Positions 1-13,294 of a stretch of 64,000 bases of DNA are shown here, one piece after another. The stretch is taken from positions 25,234,001 to 25,298,000 of the forward strand of contig OX597814.1 of the NCBI GenBank assembly GCA_951406725.2. Direction: 5' to 3'. Numbering within the stretch: position 1 is the stretch's first letter; the number at the start of each line of letters is the position of its first letter. The DNA comes from Octopus vulgaris. Taxonomy: Eukaryota. The position numbers and the translations under genes are program-made. The notes under the pieces were generated by a model, which was not told where the DNA came from, did no database searches, and saw nothing but the letters and a program-made list of their open reading frames with translations.

Positions 1-69
1 ACTGACATGAGATTAGTTCTCATACATTCTTATTAACCTGGAACATTGCACTGACACACATAAACACAT

Positions 70-213
70 GTGGTTGGCGTTAGGAAGGGCATCCAGCTGT
101 AGAAACACTGCCAGATCTGACTGGCCTGGCGCAGCCTTTGGGCTTCCTAGACCCCAGTTGAACCGTCCAACCCATGCTAGCATGGAAAGCGGACGTTAAA
201 CTATGATGATGAT
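70..213 (+). mobile_element. 3' end of RTE-clade LINE (or RTE-tailed SINE) with (GAT)n tail
   Basis: gtggttggcgttaggaagggcatccagctgtagaaac...aacccatgctagcatggaaagcggacgttaaa+(gat)n. The same tail ends the RT-bearing RTE copy at 44870-45937. Confidence 0.8.
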
Positions 214-584
214 ATACATGTACAGAGTAGATGAAACAGGGACAACTGAAGGAGGGGAATATTTTTTATGTTGTATGTCTTGTTTCTCTGTTTTTTTTCG
301 TTGTTTGAAAAAAGTTTGTTTCTATGTTTTTGTTTCTCATTGTGTTCAACGTTTTTTTTTATGTCCTGTACCCATATATGCATGTGTATATATATATATA
401 TATATATGATTTTGATTTTTCCAGTTTCAGCTAATGAGCTGCGGCCATGCTGGGGCACCGCCATATATATATATATATATATATATGCATACATATATAT
501 ATATACATACATATATATATATACATACATATATATGTAGGTATGTACATATATGTATGTATGTATATATGCATATATTTATAT

Positions 585-770
585 ATTATTTTCGCCATGA
601 TAGATCGGTAGCCATTACACACATTTTTTTCTCTCCTTGTTTCCTTCTGTGGAAGAGCATAGGCTCGAAACGTTAAAGACTTTTTCAATTCCCGAGCATT
701 ATACTAATACATCTGTTTGTTTTCTACAGCACCTGCCTTTGTCTTTTGTTTTTTCCGTGAATTCTCCCTA
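585..770 (+). repeat. Penelope-like (PLE) terminal repeat fragment with degenerate minimal-hammerhead-like motif
   Basis: tggaagagcataggctcgaaacgtta at 650-675 resembles CUGANGA-stem-GAAA followed by palindromic AACGTT; embedded in (AT)n. Confidence 0.4.
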
Positions 771-3700
771 TATATATGTATGTATGTATGTATGCAGTTG
801 AGCTGAATAAAAAGAACACCATTCAAGAGATACCGACTGGAATAAGTACAAAATTTCATTGCATTATATGTTAAATATGAATTCAGTGGACATTCATAAT
901 CATTGAAAGCAAATTAAATAGCAAAAATAGGAACACCTTATTCCAAAGGGACTGACATAGCTTAGAGGAGCACCTCAGGTCATTCCTTCAAGATATACAA
1001 AACATCAGGCTTTCATAACGCTTAATAGAGTTTCTAGACTGTTCAGCCAAGCTATTTGACAGAAAGATTCCAGCTCACTTGGTCACACATTAGTCTATCT
1101 GATTACCTGAGCCATGTTTGCATAGGAGTTAATGCCTTTTATGGCAATACAAGTTTTCATAACAGGCTTTGTCTTTTATGGCAGTATGGTAATACACGGT
1201 CCTGAGCTTGATGGTTCAAAATTCAGAAGGAGCCTTGTTACACAGCACAATATTTGTTTTAGCTTCTTTCACTTCTTTTCTTCATTCAAATAAGCTAAGA
1301 CTGTCTCTTTGGAATCCAGGTAGAACAGGGTAGGCTCTTTTCACTAGGGATTTCGAGCTTCCAGTACTAATTTTGTCAGGATTCAGTTTTGTCCCTTTTT
1401 TCTTATTTCATCGTCACTATTTTATTGCTTCCCATTATGCTTCAGTTTTCATTTTCCTCCCATTAGCGCAAGTATATGGAGACTCTGGCTGGTATTATGC
1501 TGGAATACGAATTCCTCAGCTTCTTGGTGCTTGACTTCGTCGGACTATGCTGCTTGTGCCATTGATGATAAAATGATTTCCTTTGCTTTAACCCGCTTTA
1601 ATTAATCTTGGAACTAATGTCAGTAGTTTTCTGGAAAAAGAGCTTGGAGCATCCTTAATCATAGTTATAAGTCCAGAATAGCTTTATGGTATTCAGGGGT
1701 GGAGGGTTTCAAGATCTGGATGTTCATACAACTTCTAACAGATCATATCTTACAAGACAAATACCCGCTCAGTATCTATTCATACTGATGTGTATGGAAC
1801 AGCATGGTGTAGTTAATACAAACTGAAGCTCAATACGATTACAATATCTTTACGAATTACTGAGGCCTGAACCAGTTGGTATGTGTGTAGAGTATCGGCC
1901 ACTTTTGCTTTCTCAATCTGTTCCTGATTTTTGAAACTAAGCACAGGCATTCATATATCCTATTCCAGAACAGAAGCGTACTTCAGGTGTTTTTCTGCTT
2001 TTTTAAAGCTGAGTTATGTCACTTTTCTTAAGATCCTTTTCTTAAATAAGGAGATGCTTAAATGGGAAGCAATTTTTCACTCTTTTCTTGTTGCTAGGCA
2101 TATGTACATATCCTTCTTTCTTGCCTTTTCCTGGATAAACACACTGAGTAAGGAAGCACTATCATTTACAATCTATTGTTTTCCTGGATAAATTTTGTGT
2201 GTTTTCAAATCTAAATTGTATTTCTTCCTGATGCAGTTTGTTTTCTTTGTTCCAAATTTTATTAGAAAGTGTTTAAGTTTTCTGTCTTTAACTCTCTGGA
2301 ATGGGGATAACTGAGGAATCAGTACCATCACCACTTCTTTTTGTTATATTTAAGGCAGAAATTTTGCAGCATATATTTTTTGCAAATGTCAAAAATCTAT
2401 AACTTTTTTAATGCGTAAAGTCAGAACTCCTGCTTAGCCGGTATATAGGGTAATGTTCAAATGTTACAGAATTCCTGGTAGCGAAAGTTCCTTTCTTCAC
2501 AAAAAACTCTTTTTGCTTTCAATATGTTAATCCTAGAAGAGAACAGAGCTCTCTGGCATCTGACTCTTTTTCTCGAACAACAGTAAAAATAATAACTATA
2601 TTTCTCTGCAATAGAACTACATGATGGAATATAAAACAGATAAAACTCTGAAGCATTATTGTTTGCCATTACTTCACACTTACATCTGTATTGATCTCAT
2701 TATGAAATACTCAAGAATTCATATTGTAATTTCAGCTTAAAAGGTGAAAAACAGCCACTTCATCTTTACAAATGGCTTGAAAGTATGTACCAAGAAAAAT
2801 TCAACCTAGGATGACTAAAAAGATTTCCAGTGCTTGCATCACAATAGAGTCTTGGATTGGTAAGTGTGCTAGTGATATATATTGAAGGAAATAAGATAAA
2901 ATGATAAAATGAAAAGAAAATGAATGAAAAATACAATAGCTATCTCTCTGATAGCTCAGAGCTTCAATATCGTCAGTTAAAGAAAAAATATTAAGAATAG
3001 GAATACAAAAACCTGTAGAGGTCGCACAATCCAAAGGCGTATGTGTACTAGTTGTGCTCAGAAAGAAACATACTATTTAAGGGCCATATACAAAACAAAA
3101 AAAGCCGTCAGTCACCAGTAGAATAATCTTCTGCTTCAAATGTAACAAAGAAAAACTGCTCCAGATTTTACAGCCACATAAATATAGTAAAACAAATGTG
3201 TCCCTTAAATCGATATAACAGCTGGCAAATTCTAGGAAAAAGGAATGCAAATCACAAGGAAGAAAAGAGGCTTCACAATAACGGTTCATAATATAAAACA
3301 GCAAAATATACCAAAAAAAAATTCAAATAAAATGTAAAAAACAATAAAAATCTGGTGGAAAAAAACATTAAAAACAAGTACCATTAAGAGACGATAAACC
3401 TGTCTGTGACAAACATGCATTCATCTGTGACTAATGATCCATAGCCTGAGAATTAAAGTAAAGACCTAGAAACTGAAACAAAAGCATGTATAACAAACAG
3501 TTTTGTCCGATCAATATATATTACAGAAATATAACACTTCTTCATATATATATTTAGATCTCAATACACACACACTTACGCAGCACAGTTAACAAACCTC
3601 TACAAAAATAGACTTTAGAATTGATGTTTCGGTACTTTCTTAAGATTTCTACACAGAAATGTATATGACAAATAATAATGAGGTTACAATAATTTATGAC

Positions 3701-3831
3701 AGTCACATATTTTGAAAGGAAGGTATAGTCAATAATGTCAAACCCTGTTCTAAATCAGAATGTAGTTTATTAAACCAGGAAGGATGATAGGTAGCAAACC
3801 ATGCTTCTATTTGAGTAAACAAACATAACAG

Positions 3832-5075
3832 CGAGGGTGGGCTGAAAAGTTCAAAGGCTGACAATGAAGGAGTCATGTTAGAGCTGTGAAATCTTGCATA
3901 CATTCATTTCAGCTCTTTATATTAAGAACTGCATTGTTTCTTTCCAGGTAAACTGATATCTGACAGGTCAAAGAATACATCAAATATAACTAGTAGCCAC
4001 TTCTTTTGAAAATGGATAGAATTTGCATCATGGAATTATCAAAGGCCAGCAGACAAAAGGTTTACCTCACAGACATTTCATGCTGACATGGTTCCAACAT
4101 TAAGGGATGACACTCCAGCTTTATCAATAGTGCGAAAGCAGGCAGATGAATTTAGGAGGGAATGAGAAAGTGTTGAAGTTAACCCAAAATCTGGATGCCC
4201 AGCAAGTGCCATCACCAAAAAAACAAATATTGATCATGTTCACCACATGATGATGGATAACAAGTGATGAACTATTATTCAAATGATCAATGTTATTAGC
4301 ATATCCCACAAGAGAGTTGAGAATATTCTGCACAATGAACTGGGCATGATGAAAGTTTCTACTTGGTCTTATGAAACCTGATCAAAAGCACCTGAGGTTG
4401 ATGACATCATGGCTAAATCTAACATTGTTTGGAGCAGATCCAACTGGTTTCCTTGGACGTTTTCTAACTTAGGATGAGTGTTGAGTTCATCACTTTGAGA
4501 CAGGGACAAAGAGACAATATATGCAACCCACTCCACCTGCTTCAAAGAAGGCCAAGATCATTTCATCTGCAGGGAAGGTGATGGCCTCAGTGTTTTGGGA
4601 TGTAGGAGGCATTGTACTTATTGATTATCTTCAAAAGAGCCACACCAACTTACTGGGGCAATTACCAACTTACTGAGGCAGTTACAAAAGGCTATCAGTT
4701 CAAAAGCCCAGGAAAATTGATGGAGGGAGTGTTGTGTCATCAGGACTGTGCTTCAGTACACAGATCCTTGGTTTCAATGGCTGTTGTGTGTTACTGTAGC
4801 ATTGAACTAAGTGATCACCTACCATATTCTTTTGATTTGGCACCATCTGGCTATCATCTGTTCCCCAATATGAAAAAACTTAGCAGGAAACCAGTATCAC
4901 TGTGAGATTGACATCATATCTGCAGCAGATGATTATTTTTTTATCTATAGGCACTGCAACACTGTTGGAAGAAGTATGTGGTCTGCAAGTGGGACTATGT
5001 TGGAAAATTATCCTCATTTGGTCACATTCTATGACAGTATGTTGGTCAACCTATAACCTTTTCAGCCTACCCTCG
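3832..5075 (+). mobile_element. Mariner (Tc1/mariner) DNA transposon, full length, transposase pseudogenised
   Basis: TIRs cgagggtgggctgaaaagttcaaaggctgac / gtcaacctataaccttttcagcctaccctcg, followed by TA at the right end. ORF 4612-4905 has HQDCASVH and YSFDLAPSGYHLFPNMKK (mariner YSPDLAPSD motif). Confidence 0.93.
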
Positions 5076-5766
5076 TAAATACTGGAAAGGCCTTTTGTCT
5101 GCCACTTTTGTTATTTCACTTCTTTCTGATCATGATAATAATAAACAATTAGATTTATGCATAAAGCTAATTTTATGCATATATAATAAGTAACCAAATA
5201 TATTACTGAAGAGGTTAATAATATAAACGTAATCAACCTTATAGGGATGTAATGTTCATTTCAACAAAATTTGAACTTTGAACGCAAATGATGAAACTGA
5301 ATACTCTGTGGCATTTCTATCAATACTCTAGAACTTTTAAAAATTGGTTTGGTCAAGAGAAAGGAGTTATTGTGTGGCTATCACCGAAAGCTTGGGTTTG
5401 CAGTGTGGTTGGTGTTTGTGTAAAATTCTTGAAGGTTCAAATACCTTCTGTAATGTTTTGTGACCTTTCAACCCTATATAGAAGTTCACTGTTGTGGAAT
5501 ACTATTTCTTGGTTTTACTTGTCCTACTGTGATTTTTGGGAATCTTGTTTCCTTCCCCACATGAATATACAATTGCATTCTATAATGCTGAGCATACATA
5601 TTAATGCAAACAAGTAAGCACAATTTCTGCTATACTGAAATTAAAACTACATGATGAATGCTGCAAAACAGTCATAGTCCTATGGAAGTCACATGGATAA
5701 ATATGTATTCACCTCTAATACCTCTGGATTTTATGATTATATATATATATATATATATATGTTTCT

Positions 5767-6110
<344 letters not shown>

Positions 6111-6607
6111 AAGTCAATCAAATTCCAGCATAGCCCAATTCTCACATTTTGTACTTTTACAATTTTTATAATATTACAAGTACATTCATATTTTTATAGC
6201 AATCTTCTGATAAATGTTTGCATAATACCATTAAAAAAGAGCTAATGGGATTTGTAATTGACAACTAAATGAAATGACTGAATTTTTTCTTTAAATACTT
6301 TCTGATAGACTCCAGAAAGCTAAGCTTGCAAATACTATTTTAACCAATCAGCATGCGACTTAAACATCATGGTTGTATGAATGCGGTAACACAGATAACA
6401 TTAACATTCTAACGAATTTGAGCCACTGATAACAGATTTGGCAACAATCAAATATTGAAAAACATCTGATACTACAAACAGTTGTAATTAAGTTCAGACT
6501 CAGGTAATCTGTCAATATTATATAGTTTCTGAACAGAATTAAGTTTAAATTAATATTCTAACTCTCATTTTTATTGTTGTTGTTGTCGTTGTCATCATTG
6601 TTGTTGT

Positions 6608-6868
6608 TGTAATCGAACGGCGGACTGTTATAAAGTCCACTCCAGTATAGCAGTATTGTAAGACATGACTATCTATGATCGACTACTGCCGACTTCTCGA
6701 CGTCACAGTATTTGTAACAACTAACACATACCACTCATCACATGGAAGGGGTGTTCCATTATTATTATTATTATTATTATTATTATACCCATAACATTTT
6801 CCCTTTTAAATTTTCTTTTTTCTTAGGGAGTGTAATTTTATTTCTTTTTATTAGCAATAATTTTTACA
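6608..6868 (-). repeat. Putative 3' LTR of the Gypsy remnant
   Basis: Follows the PPT and is bounded by TGTAA...TTACA. No matching second LTR is visible beside the PBS. Confidence 0.45.
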
Positions 6869-7847
6869 TCACCCCACCTCCCACTTTTGAGGGGATTTTT
6901 TTCATAGTTACAAATTTGATATTTTTTGGTCTGGAATCCAAATATTTTCTTTTTCTTTCACTTGTGTATCTGGGTTCAATTATTTGTAGTAGCATTGGTA
7001 CTTGTAAAGTATCATATAACCACTCCATTGGTTCTTTCATTCTCTTGCATTCGCTCTCAATGAATCTTTTTTGTTGTTGTTGATTGATGTGTCTCTTGTG
7101 TACCTTTTTCTTCCCTTTAGCAAGTCCAGCATTTTTCCTATGCGTTTGGTAATCCCGCCATCTTTCCAACTTTGTTTTCCACTCTTATATGTCCTTACAA
7201 ATATATTTTCACAAATTTTGAAATATCTTGCTGTATTGTTCATTGCAATTTTTCTTTTCTTACCAAGTATTAATTTGTCAAAGACTGATTTTATTTTCCT
7301 CGCAAACATCAGCTCTGCTGGTGACATACCTGTTGGTGTGTTTGGATTTGGTATCACTCAGTATACTCTTACGATTTGTTGTAGAACTACCTCATCCATG
7401 ACTTCTTTATTCGACTTTCTTAGGGCTCTCTTGAACGTATCACCAAAGCATTCTGCTTGTTCATTAGATCTGGAATAGTATGGCACCATAGTTACATGTT
7501 CTACAGTGAACATTTTGCAAAACTTTTGAAACCCAAACGACACAAATTGCGTAGGCATATTTTTTTTTACCACAGTTGCTCTGGATGGATCTGGTTCCCA
7601 TTCGTTTTTATTTATAATCTGACCCAAGTATTTAATTTTTTTCAGAAAGAACTGGCACTTTTCTTCACTCAACTTAAAACCATATTCTCTTACCTTTTCG
7701 AATACCCTTTTTACATGTTCTACATGTTGCTTTTGTGATTTGCTTTTTATTAGGATATTGTCAAAATAGGCGACAGCAAAATTACTGCCTACCAGCATTG
7801 AATCTATTACTTGTTGAAATGTGGAAGGGACCATTTTTACACCGAAG
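6864..7847 (-). pseudogene. Gypsy pol fragment: RT palm fused directly to integrase core/C-terminus
   Basis: ORFs 7358-7834, 7037-7357 and 6864-7169. RT-to-IN junction near 7552 (...KKNMP|TQFVSF...). Confidence 0.85.
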
Positions 7848-7848
7848 A

Positions 7849-8215
7849 GAAGGGACCATTATTACACTCTGAGAGTGGTGGTTCCAAGTACATTACAAAA
7901 AGGTGTATTGCAACAATTTCACAACAGACATCCAGGAATGGCAAGGATGAAGGTTCTGATGAGGAGTTATGTCTATTGGCCGTCTATGGACTGAGATATG
8001 GAAAACTTGATCAGAACGTGCCGGGGTTGCGTGCTCGCAGCCAAAGACCCTGCTGGTAACATATCAATTGTGGCCAGAGATGGAGAATCTATAGTCTACA
8101 CATTGACAATGCCGGACTGGTAAATGGCGCTTACAATCTAATCGTAGTAGATAACTGTACTAAGTAGCCAGAGGTTTGCATGTGCTCTAGAGCAACCTCT
8201 AAGACAACTACAAAG
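7849..8215 (+). pseudogene. Gypsy integrase zinc-binding domain and start of core (inverted segment)
   Basis: RVVVPSTLQKGVLQQFHNRHPGMARMKVLMRSYVYWP...C..C, then IVVD..K.PEV. Confidence 0.85.
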
Positions 8216-8239
8216 TTAAAATTAATGAATAGTAAGTCA

Positions 8240-9215
8240 TCCAAAATGCTGAAAAAATGTTCTCACCAGACTATGTTGCGAACTCAGTTACAGAATTTAA
8301 GTATGAACCAGACGAAGGAGTTACCTTCGAGTTGTACTGCAGAATATACGAACAGATCTTCAATAAAGAGTGCAAAGATTGGGACGACAATATGAAAACG
8401 AATCTAATCCTAAGAAAACTGGCAGCAGGTGAAAATAAGCATCACAGCAATTACGTACTCCCCCCCCAAAAAAAAAAAACCTGACATAAACTTTAAAAAT
8501 AGACATATTGTGTAAAACTTTAAGCAAATAAATCACGCTGGAAATGTTTAAACCTAGAAAAAAACCACGAGGAGAACTACATCACATATACTGGTAGAGT
8601 TAACAGAGAATGTGAATAGTTCATATTAACGCCAGATATGTTTAAGTGCTCGATATTTATTCAGGGAATAACTGCAGAAAATGACACAGAAATAAAAACA
8701 ATAACTCTTGCTAAGCTGGAACAAAACCAAGGTGTAACCTTACAACAAGTGTCAGAAGAGTGTGAAAAAATAGTAAATTTAAGACTCGACACACAAAAGA
8801 TTGAACATAAAGACTGCTCCTAAGTGAAACAAGTGGGAAACAGGCAGAATAGAAATCAATCGTGTACTTAAATACAGTATAAACAGGACAAAAATCGAGA
8901 AACAAACCCATGTTTTGTGTGTGGAGGACTACACATAAGAAAAAATTGCCCATTTAAGAAAGTGGAATGTTTCCATTGTGGAAAAATTGGACACGTAAAA
9001 GCACACTGTAAAACCAAGATGACAAAACATTGGAACAAAGAAAAAAGAATAAACAAGATAACGCCGAAAGAAAATGGTCATGTAACGAAGAGAAAAGTCT
9101 TAAATGTGAAAATTGAAAGTATAAGAGTAAAAATGCAGTTAGATACTGGAAGTGATATTACCATTGGGAATGAAGAAACTTGGAAGTATATCGGTAAGAC
9201 AAAATTGAAAAACAA
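8240..9215 (+). pseudogene. Gypsy gag (zinc knuckle) and aspartic protease (inverted segment)
   Basis: ORFs 8257-8484, 8638-8823 and 8917-9249 with CX2CX4HX4C and MQLDTGSDITI. Confidence 0.88.
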
Positions 9216-9929
9216 CTGGCATCTGAATTCTTATTCTGTTCATTTCTAAGAGCTGCTTTTATTTTCGTAATATACTTATCACTTGCAGTTTTCATTCTTA
9301 AATCCTGTGCCGCCGTCACTGGTAGTTATTCGATAACGTTCGTCATAACACTTTTAATCTCACATTCTGCCTGCAGTGTGGCTATAACAGTCTCTTCTAG
9401 TGGTTCCATATTTTTTGGAATTAATCCCGATGGTATTGCATTTTGAAATTATAATTTAGTAATATTACACCCCAGCGTTGCAGGCGGTTCCCACCATGAG
9501 TCGGTAACCCGTTTTTAGACCGATAAATTGACAGCAAAGGTCTAAGGTCTGTTTGTAATAAAAAAAACTTCTGCCATACAGAAACCTGTGAAATTTTTTG
9601 ACTACAAAAATAATTGCTAGGGCTTCCTTTGCAATTTGGCTATATCTTTTCTGTCTCTATTAGCAAATGCGAAACATGAACCAGCATACGGGATTTTCGC
9701 TAACTGTAACTCAATTTTTATTATTGTTGTATTTGTTTTTGCAGCTCCTGTAGTTATTTTTGTTGCTGCTCTTGAAGCTGTACTACTGCAGCTAATAGGT
9801 TTTCCATGACACAGATATTGTCAAATAACCAATGTGAGTTTCAAACGATCCTCAACGCCAGATGTTATATCCTTATGGATTAACGAATTCACTGCAACTG
9901 AACAAAACACCCATGTTTCCAGAGGAGAA

Positions 9930-11310
9930 TTATTCAATTAGTAGGTATCTTCACTTTCCCTTGTCTATTATAGTTATTATGTCTGGTCTATTATTTTCTT
10001 ACTTCTTGTTTGTTTGAATAGGAAAGTCCCACAGAATCGTATAATTCTCCGACTTCTGCCCTCTTTCAACCCGATGTTCATAGCATGTGTTTCTACCTTC
10101 AAGTCCTTATTTCTAGCAAAGCTTCCAGTGTTTACTTTTTACTATTTGGTCATGCATTCATTCTTATATTCTTCCTGTGCCAACTTGGGACATTCTACAA
10201 CAACGTGGCCCTGTCTCGTTCCAAGATCTGCAGATTCTATATTTTTCTGACTTCTCCCCATATATATTTTTCCTCAAGTTCGTTTTTATCATTTGATCCT
10301 GGGTTGCTACAATTATCTATTCTTTTTCATGTTTTACTTGTTTTAATTATTAGGCCAGGGTACCATGCTGGGGTACCACTTTGGAAAAATGTAAGATGCT
10401 TACAGCACCTAGGTTTTTCAAGCAGTCACCCATCTAAATACTCACTAGGCTCAATGTTACTTAATTTTGGTAATCGAATGAGAACTGGTGCATTCAACGT
10501 GATATGGACTATTTTTTTTTTAATTGCATTTTTTTAACCAAGTCAAGGATTTTGTTCCACATATATCTTCAGTGGCTCTCCAAAATTAACCATGCAGATG
10601 TTGCTCTTCAGTATGTCTAAAGTGCTCTCTATGAATTTCATTCTTGTCCTTTTCTCCTATTTCACACTCAATCACCTGTTCCTTATTCTCTGTCTTTTGT
10701 AGTTACTCTGTACTATTCAGTAAATATTCTAGTAGGATTTTTCTTGCCAACTGTAAACACTCTTCCACGGCAATTTTAGCCTTTTCCACCCTGGATTCTC
10801 TTCAGGTACAACCAGTTGATATCAACTTTCGGGTGGTAGGCTCCATACATTGTCAACAACATTATAGATTTTCTGTCAATTTTCTGTGTTGTTTTTGGAC
10901 CAGCCTACAATTCCAACTCCATATCCAATTTGGGGTTCTATTCTTGCATTTATTGCTTCAAAAACATTTTTTGCATTCAGCTTTGGCTGCAATAATTTTC
11001 TCACTCTCCTTGTATACTTTCGACTGGTAATTTTTTTCATTTCTTCCTGTTTTATTTCAGCAGCTTCCAGTATCCCAAAATGGTTATACCACCCTCCTTT
11101 CTCAACTGCTTTCATTATTTGCCCATTTGGCATGTCAATTCCCTGGCTTCCTTCATATCTTCCTCATTTCATTTTCAACATAGCGCACTTTTCAATCCCA
11201 AATTCCATACCCACATCATTTGAGGAAATGCTAATAGTATGTATAAGACTTTCAAGCTGTTTCTCATTTTTGTGCAAAAATCTTTATATCATCCATAAAA
11301 AGGATAAATA
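9930..11310 (-). mobile_element. R4/Dong-like (RLE-type) non-LTR retrotransposon remnant
   Basis: Minus translations FMDDIKIFAQ (~11270-11300), DVGMEFGIEKCAML, KLNAKNVFEAIN, and ILWDF (~10023-10037); multiple stops and frameshifts. Confidence 0.75.
10397..10509 (-). pseudogene. 5S rRNA-derived sequence (degenerate, lacking the first few nucleotides)
   Basis: Reverse complement gtccatatcacgttgaatgcaccagttctcattcgattaccaaaattaagtaacattgagcctagtgagtatttagatgggtgactgcttgaaaaacctaggtgctgtaagc is colinear with invertebrate 5S rRNA, with many CpG-decay substitutions. Confidence 0.88.
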
Positions 11311-11314
11311 ATGG

Positions 11315-11810
11315 AAGCTATCAACTACTTCTAGCTTTCTCCACTGGCATCAGATGGAGTGTATTTTCTGTACATTTTTACTGTTTGTTGTACCTGTGCA
11401 CCTTCCACACACAAAAACTATTTTTGTGTTAACCGTCCCCTGGCATTGCTACACCTCTTATGCGTCCATAGCTTATACCAGGTATGTCTTATGAAATTTC
11501 TACCTATGCTTTTTCTGCAGATCAATCAGGGCCATCTACCTGAGGGGATTTTTGATTTGTTGGTTTTCCTATTTACTAAGATTTTGGTTTTTGCTAGATT
11601 AACTCTAAGCCCTTTGACTTTAAACCCCGTTTCCACACCTGAAATTTCTTCTCTAGTTCTGGAAGTGATTCAGACATGAGAACACAAATATCAGCATAGA
11701 GGAGCTCCCAGGGACAGCCCATCTTAAATTCCTCTGTTATTGCCTGGAGGACTACGATGAACAAGAGGGGGCTGAGAACTGATCCTTGGTGAACCCCTAT
11801 TTGTAACCTG
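11315..11810 (-). mobile_element. RTE-clade LINE reverse transcriptase fragment
   Basis: GVHQGSVLSPLLFIVVL...PWELLYADICVL (degenerate YADD); overlaps in sequence with the + copy at 44870. Confidence 0.88.
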
Positions 11811-13294
11811 AATATATATATATATATGTATGTATGTATATGCATGTATATATATATATATTAAGAAAAAGATGGTAGTCAGGGTTTGGCAAAAGGGATG
11901 AAAGCACTAAATAAATATTTTTAAAATCCAAATCCTGATTCTTCTTTTTCTTAATATATAAACAAGTACACCAATTTAAACAAGCTATACACACACGCAC
12001 ACACATATGCATACATACGCATGCACTCACGTGCATCCCCCATACACACATACATATTAGTTGCATTCCAGTTGTTTTAATAATCTTCGTATCTTTAACT
12101 GATGCCACTTGGCAGTATATTCTCTTGAAAGTGAATTCAAAGCAGAGTTACTCCTTATATTTGCTAGTATTGTGTCTCACGATTTTGATTTAGCACTTCT
12201 CAAAGACTCAAGTATTTCCTGATAATTATAATACAATTATCTTAATTCACTATGAGGGAATTTGTATGTTACAGTAGAGAAGCAGATATTTCCTAATTAA
12301 TGAATTCCAATCTTGCCAGGCTCTCATTGAGTGACAAACACCATTCAGCGAAGTTCTAAATGCCTTGTGGTATTTTGTTAAGTCTTTTATCTTTTGGGTT
12401 CAGATTTGCTGAAGTCAATTTTGTCTTTCATCTTACTTGTGATCAATAAACTAAGAATTGGCCAATATAGATGTTTGATCTGAGGGACTACACAGCTTTT
12501 TCAAACTTTCTGGCCTTGTGCCAAAATCATCATCATCATCATTAACATTATTCTCATTGTTGTTGTTATCATTATCATTATTTAAAAGTAGTGGTGTGGT
12601 GGAGACGGCAGTGCTTTGGATGCAATGCTGGCAGTAATTAGTCAAGTCCCTTGTATTCTTAATTCAGATCCTCTGGGTTTTACATCTTTCTTTCAGTGTC
12701 AATAAAATATAGGTCAGGTACTAAGTTGTATTACATTATGTACATATCTTCTCTAAAGTACATGAAGGCAACTAAATGGCAGAAATGTTTGAGCATTGCG
12801 TAGAATGCTTCATGGTATTTGTTACAATTCTCTTCACTCTGAGTTCAAATTTTACTATGATCAACTTTGCTTTACCTCCTTTTGTGGGGTCAATAAAATA
12901 TAAAATCCAAGGTGGTTGATTACCAGAACAGCTAGAAAGTTGGACTAAATGTCTTGAAGTATCTTTTCTGTCTCTTTGCATTTTAACAGCAATGTTTGCA
13001 ATAATACAGAGGTTTAGCTCTATCAGTCCAAGTTCGTGGCCTTTCTTCTTGAATAAACAGTGGTGGTGAAGAGAGGGGGGAAACATGCATGCATGGGCAA
13101 ATGCCAATCTTCTTCATGATTGGTTGAAGAGATCCCTAAAAGTGTACATATTGTTGTGCCTATGACATAAATAGAAGAACAATATGTGTTACACTAATGA
13201 AATAAAATAATCGACTGAACTGGATAGCATAAAGAATAAGAGGAACTAGCTGATGAATTTTAATATGTGATATAGATGATATAAAAGCATATAA

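Larger units (their letters stand above)
6608..9862 (-). mobile_element. Ty3/Gypsy LTR retrotransposon remnant, internally scrambled
   Basis: Minus strand: PBS-like tggcgttgaggat (9848-9860), RNase H RYSQIAKEALAIIFVVKKFH (~9590-9650), RT AYFDNIL/KYLGQII, integrase core TQF...SNEQAECF...SPAELMFARK, PPT aaaagtgggaggtgggg (~6872-6888). Plus strand: integrase HHCC (HPGMARMK...YVYWP), gag CCHC knuckle CFHCGKIGHVKAHC, protease LDTGS. Confidence 0.92.

Noticed and set aside
950-3640. Possible old retroelement remnant
   Set aside because: Only faint motif hints; I could not assign a family or boundaries.
9863-10000. Expected 5' LTR next to the Gypsy PBS
   Set aside because: The sequence does not match 6608-6868 beyond a few bases, so an LTR pair cannot be claimed.
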